Part shown: positions 30,038 through 39,452 of the stretch, piece after piece
Layout of the letters: every line of letters begins with the position of its first letter
How positions within the stretch are numbered: position 1 is the first letter of the stretch
Sequence record: NZ_CP024587.1
Reading direction: 5' to 3' (one strand)
Length of the DNA: 64,000 bases
From: a plasmid
Made by a program: the position numbers and the translations under genes
The notes under the pieces: generated by a model
The model's input: only the letters and a program-made list of their open reading frames with translations
What the model was told of the DNA's origin: nothing
Database searches by the model: none

Positions 30038-31822
30038 TGTCAACGCCGCCTGAATCGTGGTTCTCCCGCATTTCCCGTGCTGTCGTTTTGTCATGCAGCG
30101 TTCAGCACGCGGTTGCGGAGCAGATCGAACCCGGCACGGCCATACATGCTCCGCTTGATCAGCTTGAGCCGGTTGATCTGCCCTTCGACGGGGCTCGTGG
30201 TCCAGGGCAAGTCAAGTGCGGCCTGCACGGCATCGATGTCGCGGCACAGGTTGGCGGCATAGGATGCGAGTTCGGTCTTCTCCGCCGCGGCGAGCACCTC
30301 CGCGAGCGTCTCGCCTCCCTTGCGGCGCAGCACCTGGCGCAGCCGTCTTGCGACCGCGATCGCGGCGGCCAATCCGGGCGCTTCGGCCAGCATCCGCGCG
30401 GCAAACTGTCGCTCGGTCTCCTTTAGCGTGTTGCTGTCCGCCATCAGAATGCGCGCGACGCTGCGGCCCGAGGGCACCGGCCATGCCGGTGCCATTCGTG
30501 TGGGACGGGGCGCGGTCGGCGCTGGCTCGGTGCCACGGCGCCGGGTGGTCCAGGCGCGGACGGTGCCGGGCCGCCCAGCGAAACCCTGCGCAACCAGTTC
30601 GCGCCAGAGCTGGGCTGCGTTGCGGCAGCCCTCGGCCCAACGCCGGTCCAGCACGTCTGCAAAGGCCGCGAGGGTGCTGGTGCGCGGCCGCTGCTTCCAG
30701 GATGGGGCGTGCCCGAGGCGGAGCCAGCGGCGGACCGTCTTGCGCTCGGCCCCGAGGCGGGCGGCGATGCGGCTGATCGAAACCCCTTTGGCGCGCAGCC
30801 CTGCGGCTTCCTCGTAGCGCGCCTGCCTGCGGGCCAATGAGGCCTGGCTCGCCCGTGCCGCAGCGTTCGGCGGACGCGGTGGGGCGGGCGGCATCGGCTC
30901 GGCTGCAATAGCGGCCGCCACCGTGTCCGCGATAAGCCGTCCCGCACGGCGCACGGCAGCAGCGTGCCGGTCGACAAGCGCGGGCACGGCATCACCGAGG
31001 TTGCGCAGCAAATGCCATCGATCCGCGACCTGGACCGCAGCAGGAGCACCCTGCCGGATCCCGTCCGCGTAGGCGCCGGCGCGATCACGCGCGACAACTT
31101 CGACGCCAGGATGGCGGCGCAGCCAGGTCGCGAGTGTTTCAGCTTGGCGATCGCGCAGCAGATCGACCACGGCGTTGCGCTCCAGGTCGACCAGCATCGT
31201 GCCGTAGCGGTGCCCCCGACGCCAGGACCAGTCATCCACACCGAGCACGCGCGGGGCTGGTAGTGGGTCATCGCGGCACGCAGCCGCACGCACAACACGC
31301 AGCAGCGTATCGGCGCTGGTCGGCATGGCGAGCCTGTACGCCAGCCGCGCCCCGGCCTCTCCGCCGAGCGCGAGGCCGAGGCAGCGCTGCACCCCGCCCA
31401 GCCGTTCGGTCCGGCGCGCCGCAGCCGGTGCCACCTCGGCCAGGCGCTCGGCGAAGGTCTGGCGGGCGCAGGCCGAGTTGAGGCAGCGAAATCGCCGCGC
31501 GTGGACCGCCAGTGTCACCGGACGACCCTGCCAAGGCAGGTCGGCAAGGGTTCGACCGTAGCGGCTGTGCACGCGCCGCGAAGCCACGCCGCAGTCGGGA
31601 CAGGCAGCGGCGTTCTGGCGCGGGCTCGCCTTGATGGTGATGTGCTCAGAGGTGGGCAGGACCTGCTGAACCAACAGTCCCGCCGGGATCAGGGGCAGGA
31701 GGCGCTTGGGCAAGGGAGACTTTCAAAGGAGGGCAGTGTTCCTCCTATGTGCTCATCCCGACCCAGAACGCCTACCCAGCAGCACGGGAAATGCGGGAGA
31801 ACCACGATTCAGGCGGCGTCTA
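30038..31822 (-). mobile_element. ISL3-family insertion sequence, variant A, copy 2 (1785 bp) with 8-bp target duplication CACGCGGT
   Basis: Same 39-bp IRs as copy 1. Direct repeats CACGCGGT at 30030-30037 and 31823-31830. The flanking sequence is one continuous reading frame of the host IS transposase (..EIHAV|LRERGVEIAE..). Confidence 0.9.
30091..31713 (-). CDS. ISL3 family transposase (identical to 7383..9005)
   Basis: Protein is 100% identical to the copy 1 ORF. Confidence 0.9.
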   Translation of the reverse strand: MPKRLLPLIPAGLLVQQVLPTSEHITIKASPRQNAAACPDCGVASRRVHSRYGRTLADLPWQGRPVTLAVHARRFRCLNSACARQTFAERLAEVAPAAARRTERLGGVQRCLGLALGGEAGARLAYRLAMPTSADTLLRVVRAAACRDDPLPAPRVLGVDDWSWRRGHRYGTMLVDLERNAVVDLLRDRQAETLATWLRRHPGVEVVARDRAGAYADGIRQGAPAAVQVADRWHLLRNLGDAVPALVDRHAAAVRRAGRLIADTVAAAIAAEPMPPAPPRPPNAAARASQASLARRQARYEEAAGLRAKGVSISRIAARLGAERKTVRRWLRLGHAPSWKQRPRTSTLAAFADVLDRRWAEGCRNAAQLWRELVAQGFAGRPGTVRAWTTRRRGTEPAPTAPRPTRMAPAWPVPSGRSVARILMADSNTLKETERQFAARMLAEAPGLAAAIAVARRLRQVLRRKGGETLAEVLAAAEKTELASYAANLCRDIDAVQAALDLPWTTSPVEGQINRLKLIKRSMYGRAGFDLLRNRVLNAA

Positions 31823-33120
31823 CACGCGGTGCTGCGTGAACGTGGGGTGGAGATTGCCGAGCGCAGCGTGACCAACCTGCTGGACCGCTACGACGAGCTG
31901 CTGGCCATCGCGCTGACCGACGGGAGCCGTCTGCGGCGTGTTCTGCGTGGGCAGGGCCGCGCCATCCTGGCGTTGGACGGGATGCAGCCCGACGTGGGGC
32001 ATGAGGTGCTATGGGTGGTGCGGGAGTGCTTCTCGGGCGAGGTCGTGCTGGCGCGCAGCCTGTTGTCGGGTACGGCTGAGGATCTGGCACCGCTGCTACA
32101 CGAGGCGGCTAGGGCGATCGGGGTGCCGGTCGAGGGGGTGATCAGCGATGGGCAGACCTCGATCCGTCGCGCCATCGCCCAGGTGCTGCCCGGCGTGCCG
32201 CATCAGCTCTGCCAGTTCCACTTGCCTCGCGCGAGGCGGCGAACCTGGTCTACGAGGCCGACCGGCACGCCAAGAAGGAACTCAAGAAGCAGGTCCGCGG
32301 CGTGCGCCCGATCGAACGCGCGGTGGAGGGGCGCGACGATGCCGGCTCGGAGGTGGTGCGCGGCTACTGCGCGGCGGTGCGCAGTGCCATCACCGACGAC
32401 GGACGCACGCCGCTCTCGGCCCCCGGGCTCAAGCTCAAGGGGCGGCTGGAGGCGGTGGCGGAAAGCCTGGACCGGGTACAGCAAAAGGGGGCGGTGCCCC
32501 CCCGGCGCCGCTCGCGCGGCTGCGCCGGTTGATCGGCCGCGGCCTGGAAGGCACGGCCGCGCTCTGGCCTGATGTGGAACGCGCCTACACCTGGGTGCAC
32601 GCCGCGGCACGGCTGTTGGGCAATGCTCGTGGCGAGGGATCCGCATCCGTCCGCCGGCGGTTCGATGGCCTGGTCGCGGCCATGCGCCGGCACCGCGATG
32701 GCGCCGGCCGTCTGTCCCCTGCCATTGAGCACTTCGCCAAGGTGTTCCGCAGCTACCGGCCCGGACTGTTCCACTGCTACGGCGTGCCTGGCCTGCCGCG
32801 GACCAACAACGACCTCGAGCAGTTGTTCGGCTCGCAGCGCTACCACGAGCGACGCGCCACCGGCCGCAAGGCCGCCTCGCCGGCCGCCGTGCTCCGCGGC
32901 GAGGTTCGCCTGATCGCGGCCACGGCCACCCGCCTGCGTCCGCCCGATGCCCGAGAGCTGGGATGCGTCAACCGACAGCGATGGGCCGAACTCCGTCAGC
33001 GCCTCGAACGACGACGTCACGCCAGGACCCTGCGAACCCGGTTCCGTCGCGATCCCGACGCCTACCTCGCCGCCCTCGAACATCAAGCCTGCCAGCCAAT
33101 TTTGCCAACCTAGCTTTTTT

Positions 33121-33462
33121 GACCGTCATGTCGTGGCGGTCGAGCAAGCGCCAGACGGTGCTGGGAGCCACCGCCAAACCGTGATCCCGCCGGAGCATCT
33201 CGGCCAACTCAACCAGTGTGATGTCGACCTTGGCGTCTACCGCGGCGAGGACGATGTCCTTGTAGGCTTCGGCCCGTTGCGACCGCCGGTCGCCACCCTG
33301 ACGTTGCGCCTTGTCCCGGCCGCTCTCCCGCCAATCCTGCACCCAGCGGATCGCGCTGGACACTGAGACGCCGAACCGGGCTGCTGCGGCGCGGCGGGAC
33401 GACCCTGCCTCCACGGCGGCAATGACGCGCGACCTGAGGTCAGAAGACAGCGCTCTGCTCAT
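33121..33462 (-). pseudogene. IS630 family transposase, N-terminal HTH half
   Basis: MSRALSSDLRSRVIAAVEAGSSRRAAAARFGVSVSSAIRWVQ.. The sequence continues across the nested IS into 29640. Confidence 0.75.
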
Positions 33463-33882
33463 CCCCACCGGCCTCCTCCCGGCTAACAGGGTGAAGCAGA
33501 TTTCGAGCTGTCCGGGAATCCCTCCCCGACTCAATCAGGTCAGATCATGCTCTAAATCAGACCTTGCGATCTGATGGCGGCGTGCGTCCGTGGAAGCCAG
33601 ATGTGCTGCCATGGCAGTCTTGTTCTGATTGACAGAGACGCGAGTCGGTAGGATTTCGCCCTTCTTTCCACTGTCACACGGGCTGCCCTGCGTGTGGACG
33701 GCCGGCGTGTCATCCGCAACCGCCTGGGCTGGCGCGACTCGCCGACTGAGTACGGCCCGCATGAGACGCTCTACAACCGCTGAGTGGGAAGGGTGTGCTC
33801 AACCGGATCTTCGCGGGCCTGGCAGACCGCCGACGCCAGCCCGCTCGGCTGATGGTCATGCGATCCACCTCCAGGCGCATCG

Positions 33883-34899
33883 TCAGCGAGGCTGCGAGGC
33901 TCTTGGCACTGTGAGGTGCGGGTCAGCCCGCGTCGGGAGAGCGAGCAGCTTGTCGAGGGCCTTGCGCCGACTCAGCCGGCGCCACGGATAGACCCAGGTC
34001 TGGCGCTGCCGGAAGCGTCGCCGGTGGCTCACGCCGGCATCGGTCTGAGCCACCGGTGCCTTCGGCAGAAGCACGTCGAATTCGGCGCAGAGCGCCTCAG
34101 CCTGCCGATAGAAACGGTTGAAATAGTCGTCCCAGGGCCAGCCCGGCGCGATCCAGGGTTTGGGCCCGCCCGTGAAGTGAAAGATCTTGACCCGCTGCCC
34201 GGTGGTCCGTGGATCCCGGATCATCATATGCTCGGTCTGGTAGTTGAAGGTCTGGGACAGCATCACCGTCCTGCCCCTTGCCGCATGGTTCAGTGCGCTT
34301 TGATCGGAGGAGCGGCAGCGCTCCGGATGCTCCTTGAAGAATCGGATAGCCTCCGGGACGATCTCCTTCCAGGGGCGGACTGAGGTGTAGACAACACCGG
34401 CATTGAAGTATTCGTTACAGGGAACTCCGATGCCATCCAGATACTGCTGTTCCCGCTCGATGGACTTGCCTACCTCACCGGTGAAAACCTGCAGGTTATC
34501 AGGCGCGACGGCGATCTTGCCATGCTCCGGTGGCTGGCTCAGGAGCGTGTCAAGGTTGTCATCGACCATCACGTCCCCATCGATATAGAGAAAACGATCG
34601 GTGCCTTCAGGCAGGAAGCGGTCGATCCAGAAACGCGCGAGCGTGATCGGCGGTAGATAGCGATCGCGATGGAAGCGGGCGAGATCCTGGTACTCCGGGA
34701 TGTCGACCCATTGCAGATGCAAGCCTGCCTTCGCCAGGCAGGCAACACCTTGCTCCTTCCAGCTTGGGCGCCGGTCGAGCACATAGATGATGACATCGGC
34801 CGCGTCGCGAGCGGTGTTCGCCCGCGCCGAAAGCGCGGAGGCAACGGTCGGAATCAGGTAGTTATTGTCGCAAATCAGGACGATTGCTGCTTTGCTCAT
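33883..34899 (-). CDS. glycosyltransferase family 8 (LPS/EPS glycosyl- or galactosyltransferase-like)
   Basis: N-terminal IVLICDNNYLIPT, DxD motif YIDGDVMV and NAGVV, all typical of GT8. Confidence 0.7.
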   Translation of the reverse strand: MSKAAIVLICDNNYLIPTVASALSARANTARDAADVIIYVLDRRPSWKEQGVACLAKAGLHLQWVDIPEYQDLARFHRDRYLPPITLARFWIDRFLPEGTDRFLYIDGDVMVDDNLDTLLSQPPEHGKIAVAPDNLQVFTGEVGKSIEREQQYLDGIGVPCNEYFNAGVVYTSVRPWKEIVPEAIRFFKEHPERCRSSDQSALNHAARGRTVMLSQTFNYQTEHMMIRDPRTTGQRVKIFHFTGGPKPWIAPGWPWDDYFNRFYRQAEALCAEFDVLLPKAPVAQTDAGVSHRRRFRQRQTWVYPWRRLSRRKALDKLLALPTRADPHLTVPRASQPR

Positions 34900-35018
34900 T
34901 CAACACTCCCCAATCGTCGCCATGGGCCGCGCTGTGACCCGACACTCAACCTCGCGCGCCTGTGCGCCCGGCGAAGCGGTCGAGATGATCTCGCGGCGTG
35001 AATCGGTCCGGCATGTGC

Positions 35019-35609
35019 TCACCATGAGAAAATCTCGTGGTGTGTCCGGAGCATGAGCTCCGCCGGCAGGCGGCACCCATGCAGTATCAGTACCAGCGTG
35101 CTGGCCACGACCATCAAAGCAGGCAGGCGTTCTACAGAAGGATTGAAGCCGAAAGGCTGTAGACGGCTGACCATCATAACCGTTCCAGCAATGCCGATGG
35201 CGGCACCCACCAGGACATCTGCCGGACTGTGAAAACCAAGTAGCAACCTTGAACTCCCGAAAGCCGTCGCGAAGGCCAGGCTGACAAGGAAGCTTGCCCT
35301 CAGGGTCTGCAACCGGGCGCCGCCGCAGAGCAGCAGGAGACCTGCATAGGTGACTGTCCCCGCCGCGGTATGGCCACTGGGGCTCTTCAGGCCAACCCAG
35401 GCCAGTGGCCCGGCATAGGAGAAAGTGGCGAGTTTCAGGAGCAGCATGACGCCCAGTGTCCCGAGGACTGCAGCGAGCCAGATGGTCGCGATGCGGATAT
35501 CCGCGAAGATCAGAAGCCAGATCGCGACGAGCAAGGATAGCGGAAGAACGATAGCGAGATCCGCGAAATCGGTCAGAAACAGGATCAAATCTCTCATCGA
35601 TCTTTGCAA
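35019..35609 (-). CDS. PAP2-family membrane phosphatase (possible undecaprenyl-PP/lipid phosphatase)
   Basis: PAP2 motifs PSGHTA and SRLLLGFHSPADVLVGAAIG; 5-6 TM helices. Confidence 0.7.
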   Translation of the reverse strand: MQRSMRDLILFLTDFADLAIVLPLSLLVAIWLLIFADIRIATIWLAAVLGTLGVMLLLKLATFSYAGPLAWVGLKSPSGHTAAGTVTYAGLLLLCGGARLQTLRASFLVSLAFATAFGSSRLLLGFHSPADVLVGAAIGIAGTVMMVSRLQPFGFNPSVERLPALMVVASTLVLILHGCRLPAELMLRTHHEIFSW

Positions 35610-35759
35610 CTTCGGAACTGCGATTGCTGACTGGCGATGGAACGATATCGCCCTTGGATGAGGAGTACACGAAAGGCCGCCGAGTGACCCTGGTTTTCGG
35701 CGTGCCCAGTTGAAGAGGCAAGTCGTGGAAGCGGTCCGGCCGCCACCGCTTCCATCAGA

Positions 35760-36413
35760 TCAGACGGCGCCGGAACCGCGGAGCACGACCTTCACCGTCT
35801 TGACGAGGATCTTCATGTCGGTGCGCATGGACGGCCTGAGCACATACTGGGTGTCGAGCGTGATACGGTAGGCATAGCTGGTGTCGCTGCGGCCGCTCAC
35901 CTGCCACAAGCCAGTCAGGCCGGGACGGACAGAGAGATAGACGCTCTTGCCGTCGGAATAACGCTCGACGAGTTCCTTCTGGGTGACCGGGCGAGGACCG
36001 ACAAGGCTCATATCGCCGCGCAGAACGTTGAAGAGCTGCGGCACCTCGTCCAGGCTGGTCGCGCGCAGCACGCGGCCGATCCAGGTCACGCGAGGATCAC
36101 GGCGGAGCTTCTGCTGAGTCTCCCACTCGTGGCGGATTTCAGGATCGCTGGCCAGCAAGTTCTGCAGGCGCTTCTCGGCGTCGGGCACCATGGACCGGAA
36201 CTTCAGGCAGCCAAACGTCCGACCGTTCCGCGCGATGCGCGGGTGGGCATAGAAGATGGGTCCACGATCCAGGCTTACCAGAAGGGCGATGAAAGCCATG
36301 ATCGGCAAGGCCAGGACGAGCATCACCAGAGAGAGCCCGATGTCCGTGGACCGCTTCAGGAACGGGCGTCCAAGATTGACATAGAAACCGTTTTGAAGCC
36401 GAGGCAGGCGCAT
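35760..36413 (-). CDS. polyprenyl-phosphate sugar-1-phosphate transferase (bacterial sugar transferase family; ExoY/WbaP C-domain-like priming enzyme)
   Basis: ..[55 protein letters not shown].. is the signature of small priming glycosylphosphotransferases. The track ORF extends to 36527; MRLPRLQ at 36413 is preferred. Confidence 0.8.
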   Translation of the reverse strand: MRLPRLQNGFYVNLGRPFLKRSTDIGLSLVMLVLALPIMAFIALLVSLDRGPIFYAHPRIARNGRTFGCLKFRSMVPDAEKRLQNLLASDPEIRHEWETQQKLRRDPRVTWIGRVLRATSLDEVPQLFNVLRGDMSLVGPRPVTQKELVERYSDGKSVYLSVRPGLTGLWQVSGRSDTSYAYRITLDTQYVLRPSMRTDMKILVKTVKVVLRGSGAV

Positions 36414-36527
36414 CGCGGGATAAGCGATGGAATGGCTGCCGCTCGTAGTGGCAATAGCCGGATCCTGCATCGAGCGGTGCAAAAAGACATCCGCTCTACT
36501 TTCCGTCTGGTTAGCATTAGCAATCAT

Positions 36528-36960
36528 CGAAGAAAATCAACCTCCGTTCCAAGGGACAAGATCCGAGACAAAGTCTCCGCAACGAAATTTGTTCTTCCTT
36601 CGAGCCTGCCTCCGACTGACCGCGACGCTATGTGACCGTCTGTGTCACGAGAGATGAGTAAGCTTCTTCGTTCGCACGAGCAACAAGGAAATCGTGAGAA
36701 AAATCTAATTATAGAGATTACGCACGTCAAAAGGAGAGGAAGCCCGAAAAAAAATAAAACACCCCGTCTTCCCTCTCAGGGAATCGTACTGTTTTTGCTC
36801 ACAAATGCATCAAAAAGCATGCTTGTCGAATTTTAGTACACCCTGGGGTTAAGTACATCACGCGCGCCGGCTGAGTAACAAAACACAACTCCACAAAAAG
36901 CAACCATGGGTTGCTTTGAAAATGCTATACGCTCATAGGACGTATTAATATTGGAATAAC
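36528..36960. promoter_or_regulatory. AT-rich divergent promoter region with perfect palindrome AAGCAACC-ATG-GGTTGCTT (36898..36916)
   Basis: Markedly lower GC than flanks. 8-bp-arm palindrome 45 bp upstream of the GH gene start. Confidence 0.4.
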
Positions 36961-38367
36961 ATGCCTAGGGTTGCTGCTGCGCGCGCTGAAGACCTGCTCG
37001 ACACTTTTGGGGTGGTGACGCACCTAGCCTACACGGATGGCGGATACCGCGACCTGAATGCAACCATGGACGCGCTGGCCTATCTGGGCATCGACTATGT
37101 CCGGGACGGAGCGCCGAATCCGAACTACGATCGCTATGGCCAGGAGCATTACGCACAGGCAGCGGCCCTGGGCGTGCATTTCACCTTCGCGGCGGATGGG
37201 GGCGTGGATCCGTTCGTGGAGGTGGCGCGAATCCATGCCATCGAGGCCACCCATCCCGGCACGGTCACAGCGATAGAAGGACCCAATGAGGTCAACAACT
37301 GGCAGGTGGCCTACCAGGGACTTACGGGCACCGCCGGAGCGCAGGCCTATATGAAGGCCCTCTATGACGCGGTACAGGCCGATCCACTCGTGAAGGACAT
37401 CGACGTGTCCGGCTTCACGGACTGGCCCTTCCACGCTTCGGTCTCGGATACGAGTTCCATCCATCCTTACGCAAAGGAGGGGGACCAACCGCTCGCGACG
37501 ATTCAGCAGAACATGGCAGGCCAGAGTGCCGTCGATCCGAACAAGGCCTTCTATATCACCGAGACGGGCTATCACACCCAGATCAACCCGTCGGGCGGTT
37601 GGGAGGGGGTGGATGAGGCCACCCAGGCCAAGCTCCTGCTGAACACCTATATGGACGGCGCCAGGCTGGGGGCGAAGGAAACCTACGTGTACCAGCTGCT
37701 GGACGCCTACTCAGGCTCCTCGCAGGAGGAGCATTTCGGTCTCATGCGCCTGGACAACTCACCGAAGCCCGCGGCGACCGCCATCCATAACCTGACCACG
37801 ATCCTCGCGGATCATGGGGATAAGAATCTGAGCTTTACGCCGCAGAGCCTGTCCTACACGGTCAAAGGCAACGACCAAGCATACACCTATCTGACGCAGA
37901 AATCCGATGGATCCTTCCAGCTGATTGTCTGGTCCGAGCCCGACATCTGGAACCAGGATACCAATCAGCCGATAGCAGTGGCCGCCACGAAGACGGCGAT
38001 CACCTTCGGCACCGCCGCGAAAAGCATCCAGGTCTTCGATCCGCTGACCGGCACCGCCGCCGTGCAGGCCCTGAATCATGCCAGCAGCGTGACACTGAAT
38101 GTCACGGATCATCCGCTGGTTGTGCAGTTTCAGCCGGAGCAGAACCACCACCTGCGAGGCACGGCAGGTGCCGATATGCAGGCCGGGCGCGCGGTCAGCG
38201 ACACGATCCAGCTTCACCATTCTGCCGTCTCCAGTGGCGACCGGGCTCATTCCCTGATGAGCCACTCGGGAGATGACGTGACCCCGAAGATCGGGCTTGA
38301 AACAACCGAGTTCAGCAATTTTTTCCTGCACGGTCTCAAGGCAGCGGATTTCGACCTGTTTTCCTGA
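36961..38367 (+). CDS. glycoside hydrolase, clan GH-A type, paralog of 11346..12800 (no obvious signal peptide)
   Basis: IEGPNEVNNW and YITETGYHT catalytic-type motifs. Shares GVDEATQAKLLLNTYM with the paralog. Confidence 0.55.
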   Translation: MPRVAAARAEDLLDTFGVVTHLAYTDGGYRDLNATMDALAYLGIDYVRDGAPNPNYDRYGQEHYAQAAALGVHFTFAADGGVDPFVEVARIHAIEATHPGTVTAIEGPNEVNNWQVAYQGLTGTAGAQAYMKALYDAVQADPLVKDIDVSGFTDWPFHASVSDTSSIHPYAKEGDQPLATIQQNMAGQSAVDPNKAFYITETGYHTQINPSGGWEGVDEATQAKLLLNTYMDGARLGAKETYVYQLLDAYSGSSQEEHFGLMRLDNSPKPAATAIHNLTTILADHGDKNLSFTPQSLSYTVKGNDQAYTYLTQKSDGSFQLIVWSEPDIWNQDTNQPIAVAATKTAITFGTAAKSIQVFDPLTGTAAVQALNHASSVTLNVTDHPLVVQFQPEQNHHLRGTAGADMQAGRAVSDTIQLHHSAVSSGDRAHSLMSHSGDDVTPKIGLETTEFSNFFLHGLKAADFDLFS

Positions 38368-38419
38368 AGTGAACTGAAGCAGCTGGATCACGGCGTTTCC
38401 AACGACCTGCATGGTCGCC

Positions 38420-39452
38420 TACCGAGTCGGCCACACTACACGACGGTGATGGCTGGGAGGCCAGGGATCAGTTGAAATGGAGGATTCATCCCTCGCGAAG
38501 AAGGATCCTGGCCATGACTGCTCTTCCCGGCTCTCTCATGTCGACGCTATCGTCGCATCTGGCCCTGAGCAGCCGCCGCCTGGAAACGATGGTGGTGATC
38601 ATCCTGGGGCTGGTGAACGGCCGTACCGTGAACCTGAGCCACATCGCCAGCCAGTTTTCCGGGCCGGCGCGCCTTTCCTCCAATTACCGTCGTCTGCAGC
38701 GTTTCTTCCAGTTCGTGCGGCTCGACGAAGCATGGCTTGCCCGCACCCTGATCCGACTTTTGAACCTGCGCGCGCCGTTCACGCTGTGTCTGGACCGGAC
38801 CAGCTGGAAGGTGGGTGCGAAGGACATCAACCTTCTGGTGCTGGCGATTGCCGCGCGTCGGGTGCGCATCCCCATCCTGTGGAGCGTGCTTGCGGCGGGC
38901 TGCAGCAGCACCACTGGCCGCAAGGACCTGATGACGCGCTACCTGGCCATATTCGGCGCGGGCTCGATCGATACTCTGCTTGCCGACCGCGAGTTCGTCG
39001 GCAATCACTGGTTCGAGTTCCTGCTGGGCAACGACATCCCTTTCGCGATCAGGGTCAAGGAGAACCTTGACGTCGTTCTGGATGACGGCCGCAAAGCCGC
39101 GCTTGCCTCCCTGACCAGGCGCAAGAGGACGCGCCTTCAACTGGCCGGCCACAGAGGACACTTCGCGGGAATGAGTGCGGCCTACGCCAGAACGATGGCA
39201 TTCGTCGCCAGGCGACGCGAAGACGGCACCATGATCGTCATCGCCACCAATCGCGAGCCGAAAGCTGCCTTGTCCGTCTACAGGAAGCGTTGGCAGATCG
39301 AATGCCTCTTCTCCGATACCAAGACCCGCGGCTTCAACATGGAGGACACCAGGATCACCCGTCCTGCCAAGTTGCACCTGCTTGTCGCCATGGTCACGCT
39401 GGCTCTGGCCTGTCAATCGGCTTCGAAAAGGGACCCTGATCGGCGTGCAATC
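38420..39452 (+). mobile_element. IS4-family insertion sequence, 3'-truncated by ISL3-C
   Basis: Left terminal region is duplicated at 9641..9776. The transposase ORF ends abruptly at the ISL3-C IR. Confidence 0.65.
38514..39452 (+). pseudogene. IS4 family transposase (C-terminally truncated)
   Basis: ..YRKRWQIECLFSDTKTRGFNMEDTRI.. is the IS4 DDE_Tnp_1 C-terminal signature. The expected last ~50 residues are missing. Confidence 0.7.

Larger units (their letters stand above)
29641..33113 (+). mobile_element. unclassified IS (~1680 bp own length; 21-bp perfect IRs CTAGGTTGGCAAAATTGGCTG) carrying a zinc-ribbon DDE transposase; interrupted by ISL3-A copy 2
   Basis: Perfect 21-bp IRs at 29641-29661 and 33093-33113. 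Transposase pieces are at 29690..30037 (CPACG zinc ribbon) and 31831..33113 (DGQTSIRRAI..CQFHYLREA..; ..LPRTNNDLEQLFGSQRYHERRATGRK). It has at least two frameshifts. Family assignment (IS256-/ISKra4-/IS66-like) is uncertain. Confidence 0.6.
29017..33553 (-). mobile_element. IS630-family insertion sequence #2, interrupted by a nested ~1.7-kb IS that itself contains ISL3-A copy 2
   Basis: IS630 ends TAGAGCAT..ATGCTCTA flanked by TA. The transposase is split into a C-terminal half (29032..29640) and an N-terminal half (33121..33462). The nested IS has a 7-bp target duplication (CTTTTTT) inside the IS630 A6G run. Confidence 0.75.
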
